Shown here: in pieces, positions 20,319-30,922 of the stretch
Numbering within the stretch: position 1 is the first letter of the stretch
How the letters are laid out: every line of letters starts with the position of its first letter
Source of the DNA: Candidatus Latescibacterota bacterium
GTDB lineage: Bacteria > Latescibacterota > UBA2968 > UBA8231
Direction: 5' to 3'
Length of the DNA: 64,000 nt
Assembly: GCA_965197905.1 (NCBI GenBank)
Contig: CBDAOB010000003.1
Location: 352,001-416,000 of the forward strand
Notes under the pieces: generated by a model
What the model saw: only the letters and a program-made list of their open reading frames with translations
Databases searched by the model: none
What the model was told of the DNA's origin: nothing
Made by a program: the position numbers and the translations under genes

Positions 20319-21186
20319 TCATGCTCTGCCACCCGGCTCTGGCTCTTCTCCGATATCGGCCAACAGGGCTTTGGCCCGACTATAGACATCTGCCGGCAGA
20401 GGTCCCGCCTTAGCCGCTTCCACGTTTGCCTGCAGGTGATCGAGGTCCGTCGTACCAACTATCGTGGTGTGGCAGGCTGGGTGGGTCAGAGTGAACCGCA
20501 GGACGAATTCATAGCGATCCATTCCCTCCGCAATTCCGTCTAGTTGAGCGCGATCCCACTTGGCCCAGCACTCTTCGCTCCCGCGCCTTCCTTGGGCGAC
20601 CCCCCCCGCGAATCACAACACCCGCTCCATTAACAGCTGCTTGCTGGATCATCTGTTCGTGTGCGCGTTCGAGGGCGGAATAAGGTACCTGAAACGAGTC
20701 GAATGCCCGCGTCTCCGCAAACGTCAAAAGATCCGGGGCCGTGGAAGAGACGCCGATGAAGCGCGTCTTCCCCGCTTGCCGAATTTCCTCGAGGACCTCC
20801 ACCAGCCCGCCTTGTTCAACCTCTTCCACGGAAGGATTGTGCATTTGTAATACATCCACATGATCGGTCATCATCCGGCTGAGGCTCTGGTCGATGTTTT
20901 GACGCAAGCGATCCGCTGTCCACAGATGTCCGGGGTCTAGTCTATCACCGTGTGAGTCGATGTTGCAGCCGCACTTGGTTGCAAGAAAAAATTCGTCGCG
21001 CCGGTGACTGATATACTTACCGATCCGCTCCTCGCTCCGATCGTAATCCGGCGCTGTGTCGATGAAGTTGATCCCGGCGTCTAGAACGGCATTCAGCACT
21101 CGTTCCGCTTGATCGTCACCAACCTCGCCACTGTAGGCCGTACCGAAGCCCAACTGGGTCACCTCGAGCCCCGTCAGACCAAGCAT
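20319..21186 (-). pseudogene. Aldo/keto reductase, frameshifted at a homopolymer near 20605
   Basis: LGFGT, GINFIDTAPDY, LATKCG, DVLQMHN; C-terminus TTIVGTTDLDHLQANV in another frame after a C run. Confidence 0.85.
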
Positions 21187-21367
21187 TCGTCGCTTCAGAT
21201 TTTCCGGCGTGTTAGCTCTGTCCGTTAAATTTGGCGAGTTAGAGCTGAGCAGTCATGTTCTTGGGAGGGCTTCCACGATCGAAGGGGGGCATTTGCGGGC
21301 TGACATTGGACAAACGAAACCCTCTCCAAAACACCCTCCTAGCGGGGATTAGATCGAGCTGGGATTC

Positions 21368-21970
21368 CTATGACTCATTGTGTACAACCGACTCAGGCAC
21401 CACCGCTTGAAGAGGGCCACTCGCATCCACGATCTGCTGCTCCGGTACTCCATCATCAAGCCGCAAAGAGCTGCCGTGGAACAAGGCTCCTTCGGCAACG
21501 GATAGAGTACGGGTGTGGATATCCCCGAAAAAACGCGCTTGATCATCCAGATGCACTTTGTCTGCACGTAGAGTGCCGTGAACGGTGCCCTGAACAACGA
21601 CAACGGTGCCTTCGAGATCTGCCTGGACCGCACCGGACAGACTTATCGTCAGCGTACCGCTACAAGAAAGTTCACCTCTAAAAACACCATCGATACGGGC
21701 GTTGTTTTCTACCTTCATGACGCCTTCGAGGTGGGTGCCGCGCCCGACGATGGTGTCGAGCGGCTTAGCTTCCAGAGTCACGTCGCGGCCATTTGACCAG
21801 AGGCGAATCCAACGCTGTGGCCCCGCCAAACGGGAGATATTCTGCATAGATAAACTGATCTTCTGAATCTCCGCGGTAGTAACCGGCCCCTGCGTCGCCA
21901 GTTGCTTGTAGAGATTGAGCACCCAGACACCACGGCTTTGAACCGCCCCTCCAAGTCGCGTTGACCTCAA
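21368..21970 (-). CDS. Bactofilin (polymer-forming cytoskeletal protein); start uncertain
   Basis: TIVGRGTHLEG..ARIDGVFRGEL..VVVQGTVHGTL..GDIHTRTLSVAEGALFHG beta-helix repeats. Confidence 0.85.
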   Translation of the reverse strand: MRSTRLGGAVQSRGVWVLNLYKQLATQGPVTTAEIQKISLSMQNISRLAGPQRWIRLWSNGRDVTLEAKPLDTIVGRGTHLEGVMKVENNARIDGVFRGELSCSGTLTISLSGAVQADLEGTVVVVQGTVHGTLRADKVHLDDQARFFGDIHTRTLSVAEGALFHGSSLRLDDGVPEQQIVDASGPLQAVVPESVVHNES

Positions 21971-22293
21971 GCTACGTTAAAATCTAGCGTCCAACCAATG
22001 AAGTGTCTTTTATGATAATTGTCGCCGACGAGCGGGAGCCCAGCAGAAAAACAAACCCCCGAGCGAGCGCAGCGGAGCGTGCACAGTCAGCAGTTCACTT
22101 CAGTTTCCGTGTGTTCGCTTCCGTTCCAATTAGAGGATAACTAGATAAAAGCGAATTCGGTTTGGCAGGATATTCTATATCCTGAATATTAATAACGTAT
22201 TAGAGCGCCCGGCCCTCTCAGTCGAACCAGTAGGAGGCTCTAGCGCCGGTCCAACGCTTGCCGGAACCTTCGCGAGCGGTCCCTCGAGAACGA

Positions 22294-22332
22294 AAAAACG
22301 GGTGCCGTCACTACTGACGATCCCCGTCTTTT
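22294..22332. terminator. Probable intrinsic terminator hairpin
   Basis: aaaaaacggg..cgtca-ctac-tgacg..cccgtctttt, stem flanked by A and T runs. Confidence 0.5.
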
Positions 22333-22400
22333 GCACCGCGTTTTCGAACCTAACTAGCTCCTACGCACTATTCCTGTCAATATGGACATTTCGCGCAGCA

Positions 22401-22760
22401 TTAGGGTGCCTGTAGCATAGCCTTGAATCTCTTTCGCTGCTCTGCAACCTCCTGACCCACCAGGTACCTCAAACGGGGCTCCGTGAGACGGGAGATCCTC
22501 CCGTCGTCATCTTCGAGGGCAAGGGCTGCCGACTGGACCTCGGCGTCGAGAGCCAGCAACCGGAGGTAGGCGGTAATGGTGGTGCGGGGAATGCCCAAGC
22601 GGCGGGACAGGTCTCCCTGGGAGTCTGCCTGCCCGGAGTCCAATAGCTCCTGGAAACAGTGGGCCCGCTTGATAGGGTTGGGGTGCTTGGCTATCTTCAA
22701 ACAGTGCGGTTTCCGCCCTTTCTGGCCGATTCGGATGTAGGGCGTGTTGGCCATATGTCC
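22401..22760 (-). CDS. ParB/Spo0J-type HTH small protein associated with recombinase remnant
   Basis: NPIKRAHCFQELLDSGQADSQGDLSRRLGIPRTTITAYLRLLAL HTH; start uncertain. Confidence 0.6.
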   Translation of the reverse strand, partial: GHMANTPYIRIGQKGRKPHCLKIAKHPNPIKRAHCFQELLDSGQADSQGDLSRRLGIPRTTITAYLRLLALDAEVQSAALALEDDDGRISRLTEPRLRYLVGQEVAEQRKRFKAMLQAP

Positions 22761-22779
22761 TTGATAAATATGGAACTTG

Positions 22780-23120
22780 TCCCAGACTAGGCCAATGTTC
22801 GATGAATCCGACGTCTGGGCTACCAGTTGATGCAACCCGCTGAACCTTGGATACTGCCTCCTGCCGTTCATCAAAGAGAGCGAGCTTGATCTCGTCGGGG
22901 GTCCAGACGAGCTGATTGATGCGGAGCCGAAGTTGCTCCCTGCGCTCTTCTGGCGTCGCCACGACGTAGAGATCGCGAAAGGTCGTGAGCGATTCGCACA
23001 GCGAGTCAGTGCTCACGACCTTCTTTTTTGCCGTCCCGGGGTCAACATCATAACCCAGGTTTTGACCACCGTTGTTCAGTTTCTCGCTCCGCTCTGCCAT
23101 TGCATTTTCTGGAAATCGAG
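22780..23120 (-). pseudogene. Large serine recombinase fragments
   Basis: NNGGQNLGYDVDP (recombinase-domain start) joined to ATPEERREQLRLRINQLVW (typical C-terminal segment); middle missing. Confidence 0.55.
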
Positions 23121-23124
23121 GAAG

Positions 23125-23351
23125 CCCAAATCCGCCGCCGATTTCGCTGGGGATCACCTTGACCTTCGACACCGGCACTTGCAGTACCGCCGAAACCTGA
23201 GCGCGGATATCGAAGGAGCCCTGATTACTGACCCAGACGGAGACGGAGCCTTCATCGCGCCCGTGAACGTGGTGTTGTGAGGTTCGATGTAGCCTTGGTG
23301 GATTGTCGCGGTGCGAAATTCGCGCTCCACCACTACATCTGCCCAAGGCAA
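23125..23351 (-). pseudogene. Xanthine dehydrogenase family molybdopterin-binding subunit, internal fragment
   Basis: ADVVVEREFRTATIHQGYIEPH, then after a frameshift VWVSNQG...KVKVIPSEIGGGFG. Confidence 0.8.
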
Positions 23352-23552
23352 CGCCAGCAGCCTTTGGGCAAACCAGTCAACATGAATCTAAAGCAGCAAG
23401 AAAAGACCAGCTGTTCTACCCCCCGCAAATGGCCAGTGACGCCAGCACGGAAATGGTCCGCGAGATCGGTTCGAAAATTTGTGTAAGGGAGAGGAATTGT
23501 TGACGGCGTAGCTTACATCAGGCGGTACTGCCCCCACTGAGAATGCGGACGA

Positions 23553-24287
23553 TCATGGCCCGCCTCCTGGGGCTGGTGGTGTTTGGTCTCGCTCTAACTC
23601 CCGCTTCACGGCCTCCAGCTTATCCTCAATAGCCTGGCCGGCTCCGAGCTCGTCTAGTCCTCGCTGTACAGCATCGGTCCTAGGCTGGCTCAGATCCTCC
23701 AGGGTACCGGCCTCTACCAACTCGTCAATGGCAGATGCCCGGGCATGCATCTCTTCCGTCTTCTGCCGCGTGCGCTCCAGGCTCAGGCTCAGATCACTTA
23801 GCTCCCCGGACAAACCGCTGAGAGCTTCGCTGATGAGAACCTGCGCCTCGCTAGCCGCGTAACGTGCAGAGATAGTTTCCTGGCGGCTGCGGAGGGTCTC
23901 CATCTTCGCGGCTAGGCGTTGCTCCCCCACGGTGAGCACCTTCTCCTCCTGCTCCAAACCCGTGATCTGCCGGTCTAGGGCCTGGCACTCCAGATGGATA
24001 GTCTGGAAGGACCATAGGACTTGGCGAGCCAGATCTTCCCGTCCCTCCAATAGGTGGCGGCGAGCCTGGTCGTCCCACTCGGTAAGCTTCCCCTGCATCT
24101 GCTGGGCCTGGAGCTGGAGCCGCTGCTTGGACATCTCTATTTGCACGATCCCCTGCCTCATTCTCGCTAGAAGCTCTGCCTCCCGCTCTAGGGGAGAAAC
24201 CCGTCTCTGCCGAGGGTCTTCAGCCGGCGCGAGAAGAGCCTTGGTCAGGCTCCTGATTAAGCTCGCAAGCCGTCGAAGCAGGCTCAC
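23553..24287 (-). CDS. PspA/IM30 family protein
   Basis: AEDPRQ, long coiled coil, GREDLAR, ARASAIDELVEAG. Confidence 0.85.
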   Translation of the reverse strand: MSLLRRLASLIRSLTKALLAPAEDPRQRRVSPLEREAELLARMRQGIVQIEMSKQRLQLQAQQMQGKLTEWDDQARRHLLEGREDLARQVLWSFQTIHLECQALDRQITGLEQEEKVLTVGEQRLAAKMETLRSRQETISARYAASEAQVLISEALSGLSGELSDLSLSLERTRQKTEEMHARASAIDELVEAGTLEDLSQPRTDAVQRGLDELGAGQAIEDKLEAVKRELERDQTPPAPGGGP

Positions 24288-24323
24288 AATCCACTCTCCC
24301 TGTTTCAGCCCGGGGGTCCTAGG

Positions 24324-24947
24324 CTAACCGCCAGAGCTTGATTCCCCTAGCTCGTTCAGCAGCGCTCCCTGCGCCTCCTGCGCGCCGCGCCGCGCTTCGC
24401 GCTGGATGCGCCAGTACATGGTTCCCACCATCCCAGTAGCAACAAGAGTCACTAGACGGATCACGACGGTGGGGGCTCCACCCTCCGCTCCGAGACCCGC
24501 GAAAAGGCAAATCCCAACATAGACGATACAGGTCAAGGAGATTCCTATGGCAGTAATCGACCTGGCGAACACCAGCGCGAAGGCCAGCAAAACCGGGTAG
24601 TAAAAGATGTAGAAAGGATTGTCTAATCCGAACTGTCCCCGTGGCAGACCAAGAGAGATTACCACCGAAATAACTAGCAAATCCAAGACACTGGAAAACC
24701 AGATTAACGCCCTCCCTGCCGGCCGCTCCATCATGTAGCGACCGTGGAGGTAAAAGTTCAGGGCTATTAAAGCTATGATGGGGAGAATCTTGAGTTGGAT
24801 GTCTCTCACGTCCTGAGCCCCCCACAGAGTCAGCAGCAGCACACCCGCGATAAGGAACCAACGCGCCCCGATAATGTTGATTTGACCGTAAAAGATGTCC
24901 TCGATTTGCTCGTCGGCAGAGGTGCGCACGTCCAATCGATACGACAT
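24324..24947 (-). CDS. Multi-pass membrane protein (paralog of 25084-25641)
   Basis: YGQINIIGARW, NFYLH, FYYPVLLAFALVF; GGAG RBS. Confidence 0.8.
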   Translation of the reverse strand: MSYRLDVRTSADEQIEDIFYGQINIIGARWFLIAGVLLLTLWGAQDVRDIQLKILPIIALIALNFYLHGRYMMERPAGRALIWFSSVLDLLVISVVISLGLPRGQFGLDNPFYIFYYPVLLAFALVFARSITAIGISLTCIVYVGICLFAGLGAEGGAPTVVIRLVTLVATGMVGTMYWRIQREARRGAQEAQGALLNELGESSSGG

Positions 24948-25083
24948 TGCTCACTCTCCTTTCGATGGACAGTCAGTAGGCCGTGCGCGCGGATGTTCAG
25001 GAGAAGTGCTAATGGAGCAGCTCCATTCCGCCGCTGCGCCGGTTCCTGCAAGAGGGACGGGGCACATCGTTTCAGTTCCTCCA

Positions 25084-25641
25084 TTAAGGCTTTGACGGGA
25101 AGAGTGCTTCAAGGCGTCGCCTTTCGACAACTCGATACCAGTATCCCAAATATGAAACGGCGACAATCACGAGCAACCGCGTGACGAGGATTTGCTGATT
25201 TAACTCGCTGTTGATAAGCTCGGGCATGGAAATAAGGCCGTATACTGCTATGAGCCCGGCCGTAAGAAGCAGGCCTATTGGGGCCGGGAACACCAGCGAA
25301 TAGGCCAGAACAGCGGGATAATAGAAGACGAAAGTATCTGCAGTAAAGCCCGCCCCTTCCCCTGTGATAACAATCAGCGAGATCACCACAAGGTCTGCGA
25401 GACTCATCCCGTAAGCCAATCTGCGGGCAATGGGCCGGTCTCTGAGGATCTGTACGTGCAAGAAAAAGTTCACTACTGCTAGGGCTAGCACCACCAAGAT
25501 GCCAATCGTGAACCCCCGCAAGTCACCCGGACGCCATATCAGCAGCAAGAGCCCCATTAGGACCAGCGCCCATCGGGCAGTCACGATGACAATCTGGCCG
25601 TACCGCAGTTCCTCAGCCCTCGTCTCCTCTTCTTCTTTCAT
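25084..25641 (-). CDS. Multi-pass membrane protein
   Basis: YGQIVIVTARW, NFFLH, FYYPAVLAYSLVF. Confidence 0.8.
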   Translation of the reverse strand: MKEEEETRAEELRYGQIVIVTARWALVLMGLLLLIWRPGDLRGFTIGILVVLALAVVNFFLHVQILRDRPIARRLAYGMSLADLVVISLIVITGEGAGFTADTFVFYYPAVLAYSLVFPAPIGLLLTAGLIAVYGLISMPELINSELNQQILVTRLLVIVAVSYLGYWYRVVERRRLEALFPSKP

Positions 25642-25776
25642 TCTCTGAGGATGCCCCCGCCCATGTTCCTATTCCCTCCGAGTAAGAAATCGTGACAGAT
25701 CGTCCGAACGTCGTCAAGATCTATTAGAGACGGCGTTCCTCCAACAAGGTGAAAGCGACCAAGCGCTGTTTCTCTA

Positions 25777-27114
25777 TCAGGTTTCCGCCGCCAGGTAGCG
25801 TTCTTTGAGCACGTCGAGCTCTTTTATGATGTCAGAGCGCTCATCAGCAAGTCGCCTCATGTGGTGCCGGCGTCTGCGGTCACCCCAAAGGGCACCCTCC
25901 CAAAGCGACAATCTCTGCAGGATCTGTTCATCGTACGCGAGGGTAAGAAGACCGCTTAACGGCAGTGAAACACCGTAATACACCGCACTCATGGCACCGA
26001 CGAGCGCCCCCGCCGCTCCCGCGAGAATGATGTACCACAGCGCGAACAAGCCAGCCCCGGTCGTCATCTTGACCGTCGCGATCATCTCCGGCTCCTGTCG
26101 ATACGGGCGCGAGAGAAGGCGTGGAATATAGTACGGCAGAGCGTTGTGGATGAACCCGTAAAGAGCCAATGGCGACAGCAGCACAGCGAGCAACAGGCGC
26201 AGCGGCTGCAAGGGCGCTCTCGGCGTCGACAAGGAATCACGGCGCAGGCCCAAGCGTCTGAGCTTGCGGTGGTGCGCGCGCAGCATTCTGGCAAACGACC
26301 GCACCAGTTCGGGTTCGGTCTCCGAGAAATGCTCCACACCGCGGATGATTTCCTGTTCCGCACGTAATCTTCTGCTCAACTCCTCTGATTCGGGCAGCTG
26401 CGCCATCACCTCGTCGGCATAGATGGCAGACAGATCTCTGATGGTCGTTTCGAGGTCGGTGTGCTCGACGTGTGGCGTGAGGACAGACAGGCGCTCGTGA
26501 ATGAGCCTGGTCAACTCCTGCTCGGAGGCGCGACGGCTCTCCTGGGTCGTCTTCATGAACGGATGCACCGCGATCGCATCGCCGAAATGGACGTCGACGT
26601 CACTGCGAAAAACACCGGGGTCCGAGTAGGTCAGGCCGATCGGGATGATTTGCACGCCGGCCCCACCCTCCAGCTCCGATTGAGCCCTGAGGGCGATGCG
26701 GGCGAGACCCGGTTCCAGTTCGTGGACGCGCATCTGCGCATGGCTCAAGCCCTCGGGGAAGATCGCCAGTGCCCCGCCCCCGCGCAGCACCTGATGGGCG
26801 GAGCGCAGCATGTCACGATTGGCGGACATCCGAGAGCCCCCATCTCGAGCGCGGGCGACGGCGATCACTCCGAGCTGGCGCAGAAACCAGGCGAACAGGG
26901 GGTACTTGAAAAGCGTACCCTTGCCGAGAAAGTGGGGGACCTTGCCAGGAGTTTTGAAGCCGACAATGAGGGGATCCATCATCACGTTGGGGTGATTGGC
27001 CACGAAGATCAGGGGTACGCCCGCCGGGACTTTATCCCGACCTCTGACGTCGATGTCCCGGAAGAACACCCACAGGGCCAAGCGGATGACAGGATGCACT
27101 ATATGCGCCAGCAT
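25777..27114 (-). CDS. Lysophospholipid/glycerol acyltransferase family protein
   Basis: NHPNVMMD (HX4D), IFPEG, IIPIGLTY, C-terminal TM helices. Confidence 0.9.
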   Translation of the reverse strand: MLAHIVHPVIRLALWVFFRDIDVRGRDKVPAGVPLIFVANHPNVMMDPLIVGFKTPGKVPHFLGKGTLFKYPLFAWFLRQLGVIAVARARDGGSRMSANRDMLRSAHQVLRGGGALAIFPEGLSHAQMRVHELEPGLARIALRAQSELEGGAGVQIIPIGLTYSDPGVFRSDVDVHFGDAIAVHPFMKTTQESRRASEQELTRLIHERLSVLTPHVEHTDLETTIRDLSAIYADEVMAQLPESEELSRRLRAEQEIIRGVEHFSETEPELVRSFARMLRAHHRKLRRLGLRRDSLSTPRAPLQPLRLLLAVLLSPLALYGFIHNALPYYIPRLLSRPYRQEPEMIATVKMTTGAGLFALWYIILAGAAGALVGAMSAVYYGVSLPLSGLLTLAYDEQILQRLSLWEGALWGDRRRRHHMRRLADERSDIIKELDVLKERYLAAET

Positions 27115-27175
27115 GTGTCAATCCCGCGCGTGAGCCTGGTGATTCGCTCTGAGCACCGAGTCATGTTAAACTCGC

Positions 27176-28534
27176 TCATCCTTCGGGGTTCTCAAAACTC
27201 CAGCGCAGCCGCGATGCCCGGGCTTCTTCCACATTCACCCTGGCCAGCAGCCCAGCACCCGCGACGAGGAGGATGACGATGGACAGAATGGCGTATCGGC
27301 CCGAGCCCGTAGCGACGCTGACGATTCCGTAAATGAAAGGCCCCCAGATTGCGGAAAATTTGGAGAAAACGGAGTAGAAGCCGTAGAACTCGGCGGAAGC
27401 CGCCTCCGGTATCATCGAGCCGTACAGACTGCGGCTCAACGACTGAGTGCCTCCCAGTACCAAGCCCACGAAGGCTCCCAGAGCAAGAAACCGGATGGCG
27501 GCTCCTTCCGGCAGGAAGAAGGCATTGACGATGGTCAGGCTCCACAAGCCGAGTGACACCAACACCGCCCGCTGGGTGCCGACGCGTTCTGCCAAAGCGC
27601 CAAAGACGAACGCGCCCACGAAGGCGACGATCTGGATTACCAGCATGGCCGCCATGATGACCCACAACTTGAGCTTCAAGGTGTCGGTGGCGAAGGATGC
27701 GGACATCGCGATCACCGTCTGCACACCGTCGTTGTAGATCATGTAGGCGAGCAGAAACAGGGTCAGCTGCCGGAAGCCCACGAGCTTGCGCGCCGTATCC
27801 CAAGTGCGGCCAAAACCCATACGGACGTAGGCGATGAGCCGTAGCCGGGTGCGGTAGGCCGCCTGCAATGCCTGGCGGTCCCCCGTTTCCCGCAGCCGCG
27901 TGAACGCGACCGTGGAGAACGCGAACCACCACACGCCGACCATGGCGAGGGACAGCTGGACGGCGGATTCCTCCGAGATTCCGAAGTGAGCGTGCAGTTG
28001 GACCAAGATCAGGGACAGGGCGAACTGCAGCCCACCGCCGAGATAGCCGAAGGCATACCCTCTTGCGGAGACGCGGTCGATCGTGTCGGGAGTGGAGATG
28101 TCGGGGAGGAAACCGTCGTAGAAGACGTTGGCACCGACAAACCCCATCTGCGAGATCAGAAAAAGCACCATGGTCAGTATGACGTCGCCGCTGCCCACGA
28201 AACACAGCAACGTCGCGAACAGCGACCCGCCGTAGGCGAAGACGCGCAGGAAGCGTTTCTTGGAAGCCGTGAAATCGGCGATCGCGCCGAGCATCGGCGT
28301 TAGCAAGAACACGAAAAAAGCGGCGAAACTCACCAGAAAAGCCCAAAGTTCCTGCCCCTCCCAGAAACGGCCCCAGAGTGGGTAACCTCCCTCCGGGACG
28401 ATCGAACCGGAGAACACGGCGGGCAAAACAGCGGCCACGGTGGTCGTGGCGTACGCCGAGTTGGCCCAGTCGTACATCCCCCACCCAAAAATGGTCCGCC
28501 GGTCGTTTTTCAGTTTCGGCTTCGAATCGATCAC
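27176..28534 (-). CDS. MFS transporter, UMF1/ATG22-like
   Basis: WGMYDWANSAY, FYDGFLP, IYNDGVQT, QSLSRSLY, EFYGFY. Confidence 0.92.
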   Translation of the reverse strand: MIDSKPKLKNDRRTIFGWGMYDWANSAYATTTVAAVLPAVFSGSIVPEGGYPLWGRFWEGQELWAFLVSFAAFFVFLLTPMLGAIADFTASKKRFLRVFAYGGSLFATLLCFVGSGDVILTMVLFLISQMGFVGANVFYDGFLPDISTPDTIDRVSARGYAFGYLGGGLQFALSLILVQLHAHFGISEESAVQLSLAMVGVWWFAFSTVAFTRLRETGDRQALQAAYRTRLRLIAYVRMGFGRTWDTARKLVGFRQLTLFLLAYMIYNDGVQTVIAMSASFATDTLKLKLWVIMAAMLVIQIVAFVGAFVFGALAERVGTQRAVLVSLGLWSLTIVNAFFLPEGAAIRFLALGAFVGLVLGGTQSLSRSLYGSMIPEAASAEFYGFYSVFSKFSAIWGPFIYGIVSVATGSGRYAILSIVILLVAGAGLLARVNVEEARASRLRWSFENPEG

Positions 28535-30116
28535 AATACACCATTCTGATCAGCGACCAGCTCTTCAGCAAGCTGTTCCAGCTTTTTCAGATCGCGTTTG
28601 CCCGTGCCGAGAATTGGGAGCTCGTTCACCTTGTAGGCATCGCGCTCTTTGGGTTTGAACAGCGCTGGAAGATCCCTGGCTCGGTTAAAAAGCTCACGCG
28701 GAGCACATGGAAGGCTTGTGTAGATCAGTAGAAGCCTTTCTCCCTTTGCCTTGTCGGAGACCTTGGCGACCGCCAATTCATGGTCGTGATCTGCTCCAGC
28801 GATCTCCTGAAGTGCCTCCATGAGTTTTTCCTCGACCAAATCCATCGGCACCATTTCTCCACCAATCTTGGCGAAACGAGCCAGTCGTCCGGTGATGAAG
28901 ATGAAGCCGTCGTTGTCCACATGTCCGATATCACCGGTGTTGTAGCCACCGTGCAGGAAAATTTCATCGGTCAGATCATCTCGCCCGAGATATCCGAGCA
29001 TTCTGGCTGGTGAGCGTACCAGGAGCAGACCGGTCTCTCCCGGAGGGAGAATGTCTTCGGTGTCCGGGTCAATGGTCACGACTTCGATGCCTGGGAGGGG
29101 TCGACCTACAGAGCCAGGCTTGCTCCCCGTCTTGGGTAGCCGTCAACACGATAGTCCGGCCGGTTCCCAGAGATTGCAGGAGCGAGTTCGGTGCAGCCAT
29201 AGGCCTCGAAAAGCTCGGTATCGTATTTCTCTCTGAAGGATGTGCGAAGGTCCTCCGGACACTTCTCCGCGCCAACAACGATAAAACGAAGTGAAGCGAA
29301 TTGCTCTTTACTAACTCGCCGCATGTAACTGCGGACGAATGTGGGCGTCCCGATGAGTAGGGTGGGTTTGTGTTGATCGGCAAGCCTGCCGATGGCTCCT
29401 CCGTCGAACGGATCCGGATGTGCCGCCAGGCCGAGCCCGCAAACCAGGGGCAGCCACATGCCGGCCGAGACACCGAACGAGTGGAAGAGGGGGAGGGGAG
29501 AAAGAAGCCCGTCGACGTTCTCTTCCAATTCAAAATGCGCCCGGACGCCGGTGAGATTGGCCAGGATTTGTCGATGGGTCAGCTGCACACCCTTTGGGTC
29601 ACCGGTAGATCCGGAACTGAAGACCAAGCAGGCGACGTCATCTGGATTGGCATCTGCCAAACTTGTAGCCGGCACGAGCAAGACCTTGAGCATGTTGAGG
29701 ACCACGCTGAACTTCGAGATCCTCGGGATCAATTCCTGCACATCCACCCAGCGGACACCTAGCTCAGGTTTGCCGATTTTGGCCGTGTATTTCTCGGCGG
29801 TAATTATCGTCTGCACGTCTGCCAATTTACACATGCGTTTGAGGCCACTGTCTCCGACGGTATGATTCAAGTTGACCGCCGTGCGTCCCATAAGAGCAAG
29901 TGTGAGGTTGACGATGGAACCACCTTTTCCAGGCGGCAACAAAATGCCGACGTTCTTCTCATTCTCAGCAAGCCCGAGATGACGGCGCAACGCCAAGGCG
30001 GCACCTGCTAACTTGATGCGACTCATGTTTCCTGATATATCGCAGACCGCAGTGGCGCCAGGATGTCTGCGCGCCATCTGCAAGGTTGCACTTGCAAGGT
30101 TACGCCGGTCATTCAT
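28531..30116 (-). pseudogene. Aas-like acyl-ACP synthetase (AMP-binding), frameshifted near 29135
   Basis: FSSGSTGDPKGV, GAEK, EAYGCTE in 29106-30116; GSVGRPLPG, YNTGD, GRLARFAKIGGEMV, LGTGK in the next frame. Confidence 0.85.
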
Positions 30117-30213
30117 GGTGTTTTCAGCACGATTCGATAACTAGGTTGGAGCATCATTTCCATCTTTGTTTTCGTGAACTTCGAACAAATCACGGGCTCG
30201 CTATGGTAATTCC

Positions 30214-30570
30214 TTACAGTGCGTAATGTCCGAGCCCCGCCATGATGGGAGCTGTGACTCGAGCTACGATCCCGCTCAGGCAGTAGAGGGCGATGGCGGT
30301 GAAACCTCCCACCGCCGCGCAGTAGACGAGGGAGCTCCCATCCCGCGAGCGCAGCCATTCGCCAATCCCGAAGCCCGTCATCGCCTGTCCCGAGATTCGC
30401 AGGTGACGGTTTGCGCGAAACCCCCTGGTAGCGACGATCCCGGTGCCGATCAGCACCGCCAACGGTCCCGGGTAGTGGAAAGGGACGACGAAATAGGCCA
30501 TACCGAGAAAGAGTGTGGCTCCCCCGAGGAGTACCACCCATCTGAACTGAGCAAGCGTCTGGCGGTCCAT
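30214..30570 (-). CDS. Small four-TM membrane protein
   Basis: AAGGAG RBS, four hydrophobic segments; first gene after the sigma-54 promoter. Confidence 0.65.
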   Translation of the reverse strand: MDRQTLAQFRWVVLLGGATLFLGMAYFVVPFHYPGPLAVLIGTGIVATRGFRANRHLRISGQAMTGFGIGEWLRSRDGSSLVYCAAVGGFTAIALYCLSGIVARVTAPIMAGLGHYAL

Positions 30571-30686
30571 CGCGAATCTCCTTGTTTTGGGTGCTGGCGT
30601 TCGATTTCAGGTCATGTAGTGGTGAGAGCCGGTGGGTTGGTAAGACGATCGCCTGCCAGCGCCTCAACCACTTGCAATGCTCCCAT

Positions 30687-30702
30687 TGCAACCTCGGTGC
30701 CA
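30687..30702 (-). promoter_or_regulatory. Sigma-54 (-24/-12) promoter
   Basis: Minus strand TGGCACCGAGGTTGCA = TGGCAC-N5-TTGCA consensus. Confidence 0.8.
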
Positions 30703-30818
30703 TGAAACAAAAAAGCCACGTGAACTATGTAGTCCAAGTGGCTGTTCGTAAAAGCTTTATGTGTATTTTCGAACCCGAGTACGAGCCGTGGATCGCGGCA
30801 GGATCAATCAGCGTCGAA

Positions 30819-30903
30819 TCGATATATCGACGTCTCACATCCTCATTTTTGTCATAACATAGTGATATTTTTAAGTTTAAGTTAGCCCGTCGATATACCG
30901 ACG
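30819..30903. promoter_or_regulatory. Two palindromic putative enhancer (UAS) sites
   Basis: TCGATATATCGA (30819-30830) and CGTCGATATACCGACG (30888-30903), separated by an AT-rich tract, about 120-200 bp upstream of the sigma-54 promoter. Confidence 0.55.
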
Positions 30904-30922
30904 TACGTTCAGTATATGGATG

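Noticed and set aside
27192..28571. 459-aa alternative-frame ORF overlapping the MFS gene
   Set aside because: Arg/Gly/Pro-rich off-frame product typical of high-GC codon bias.
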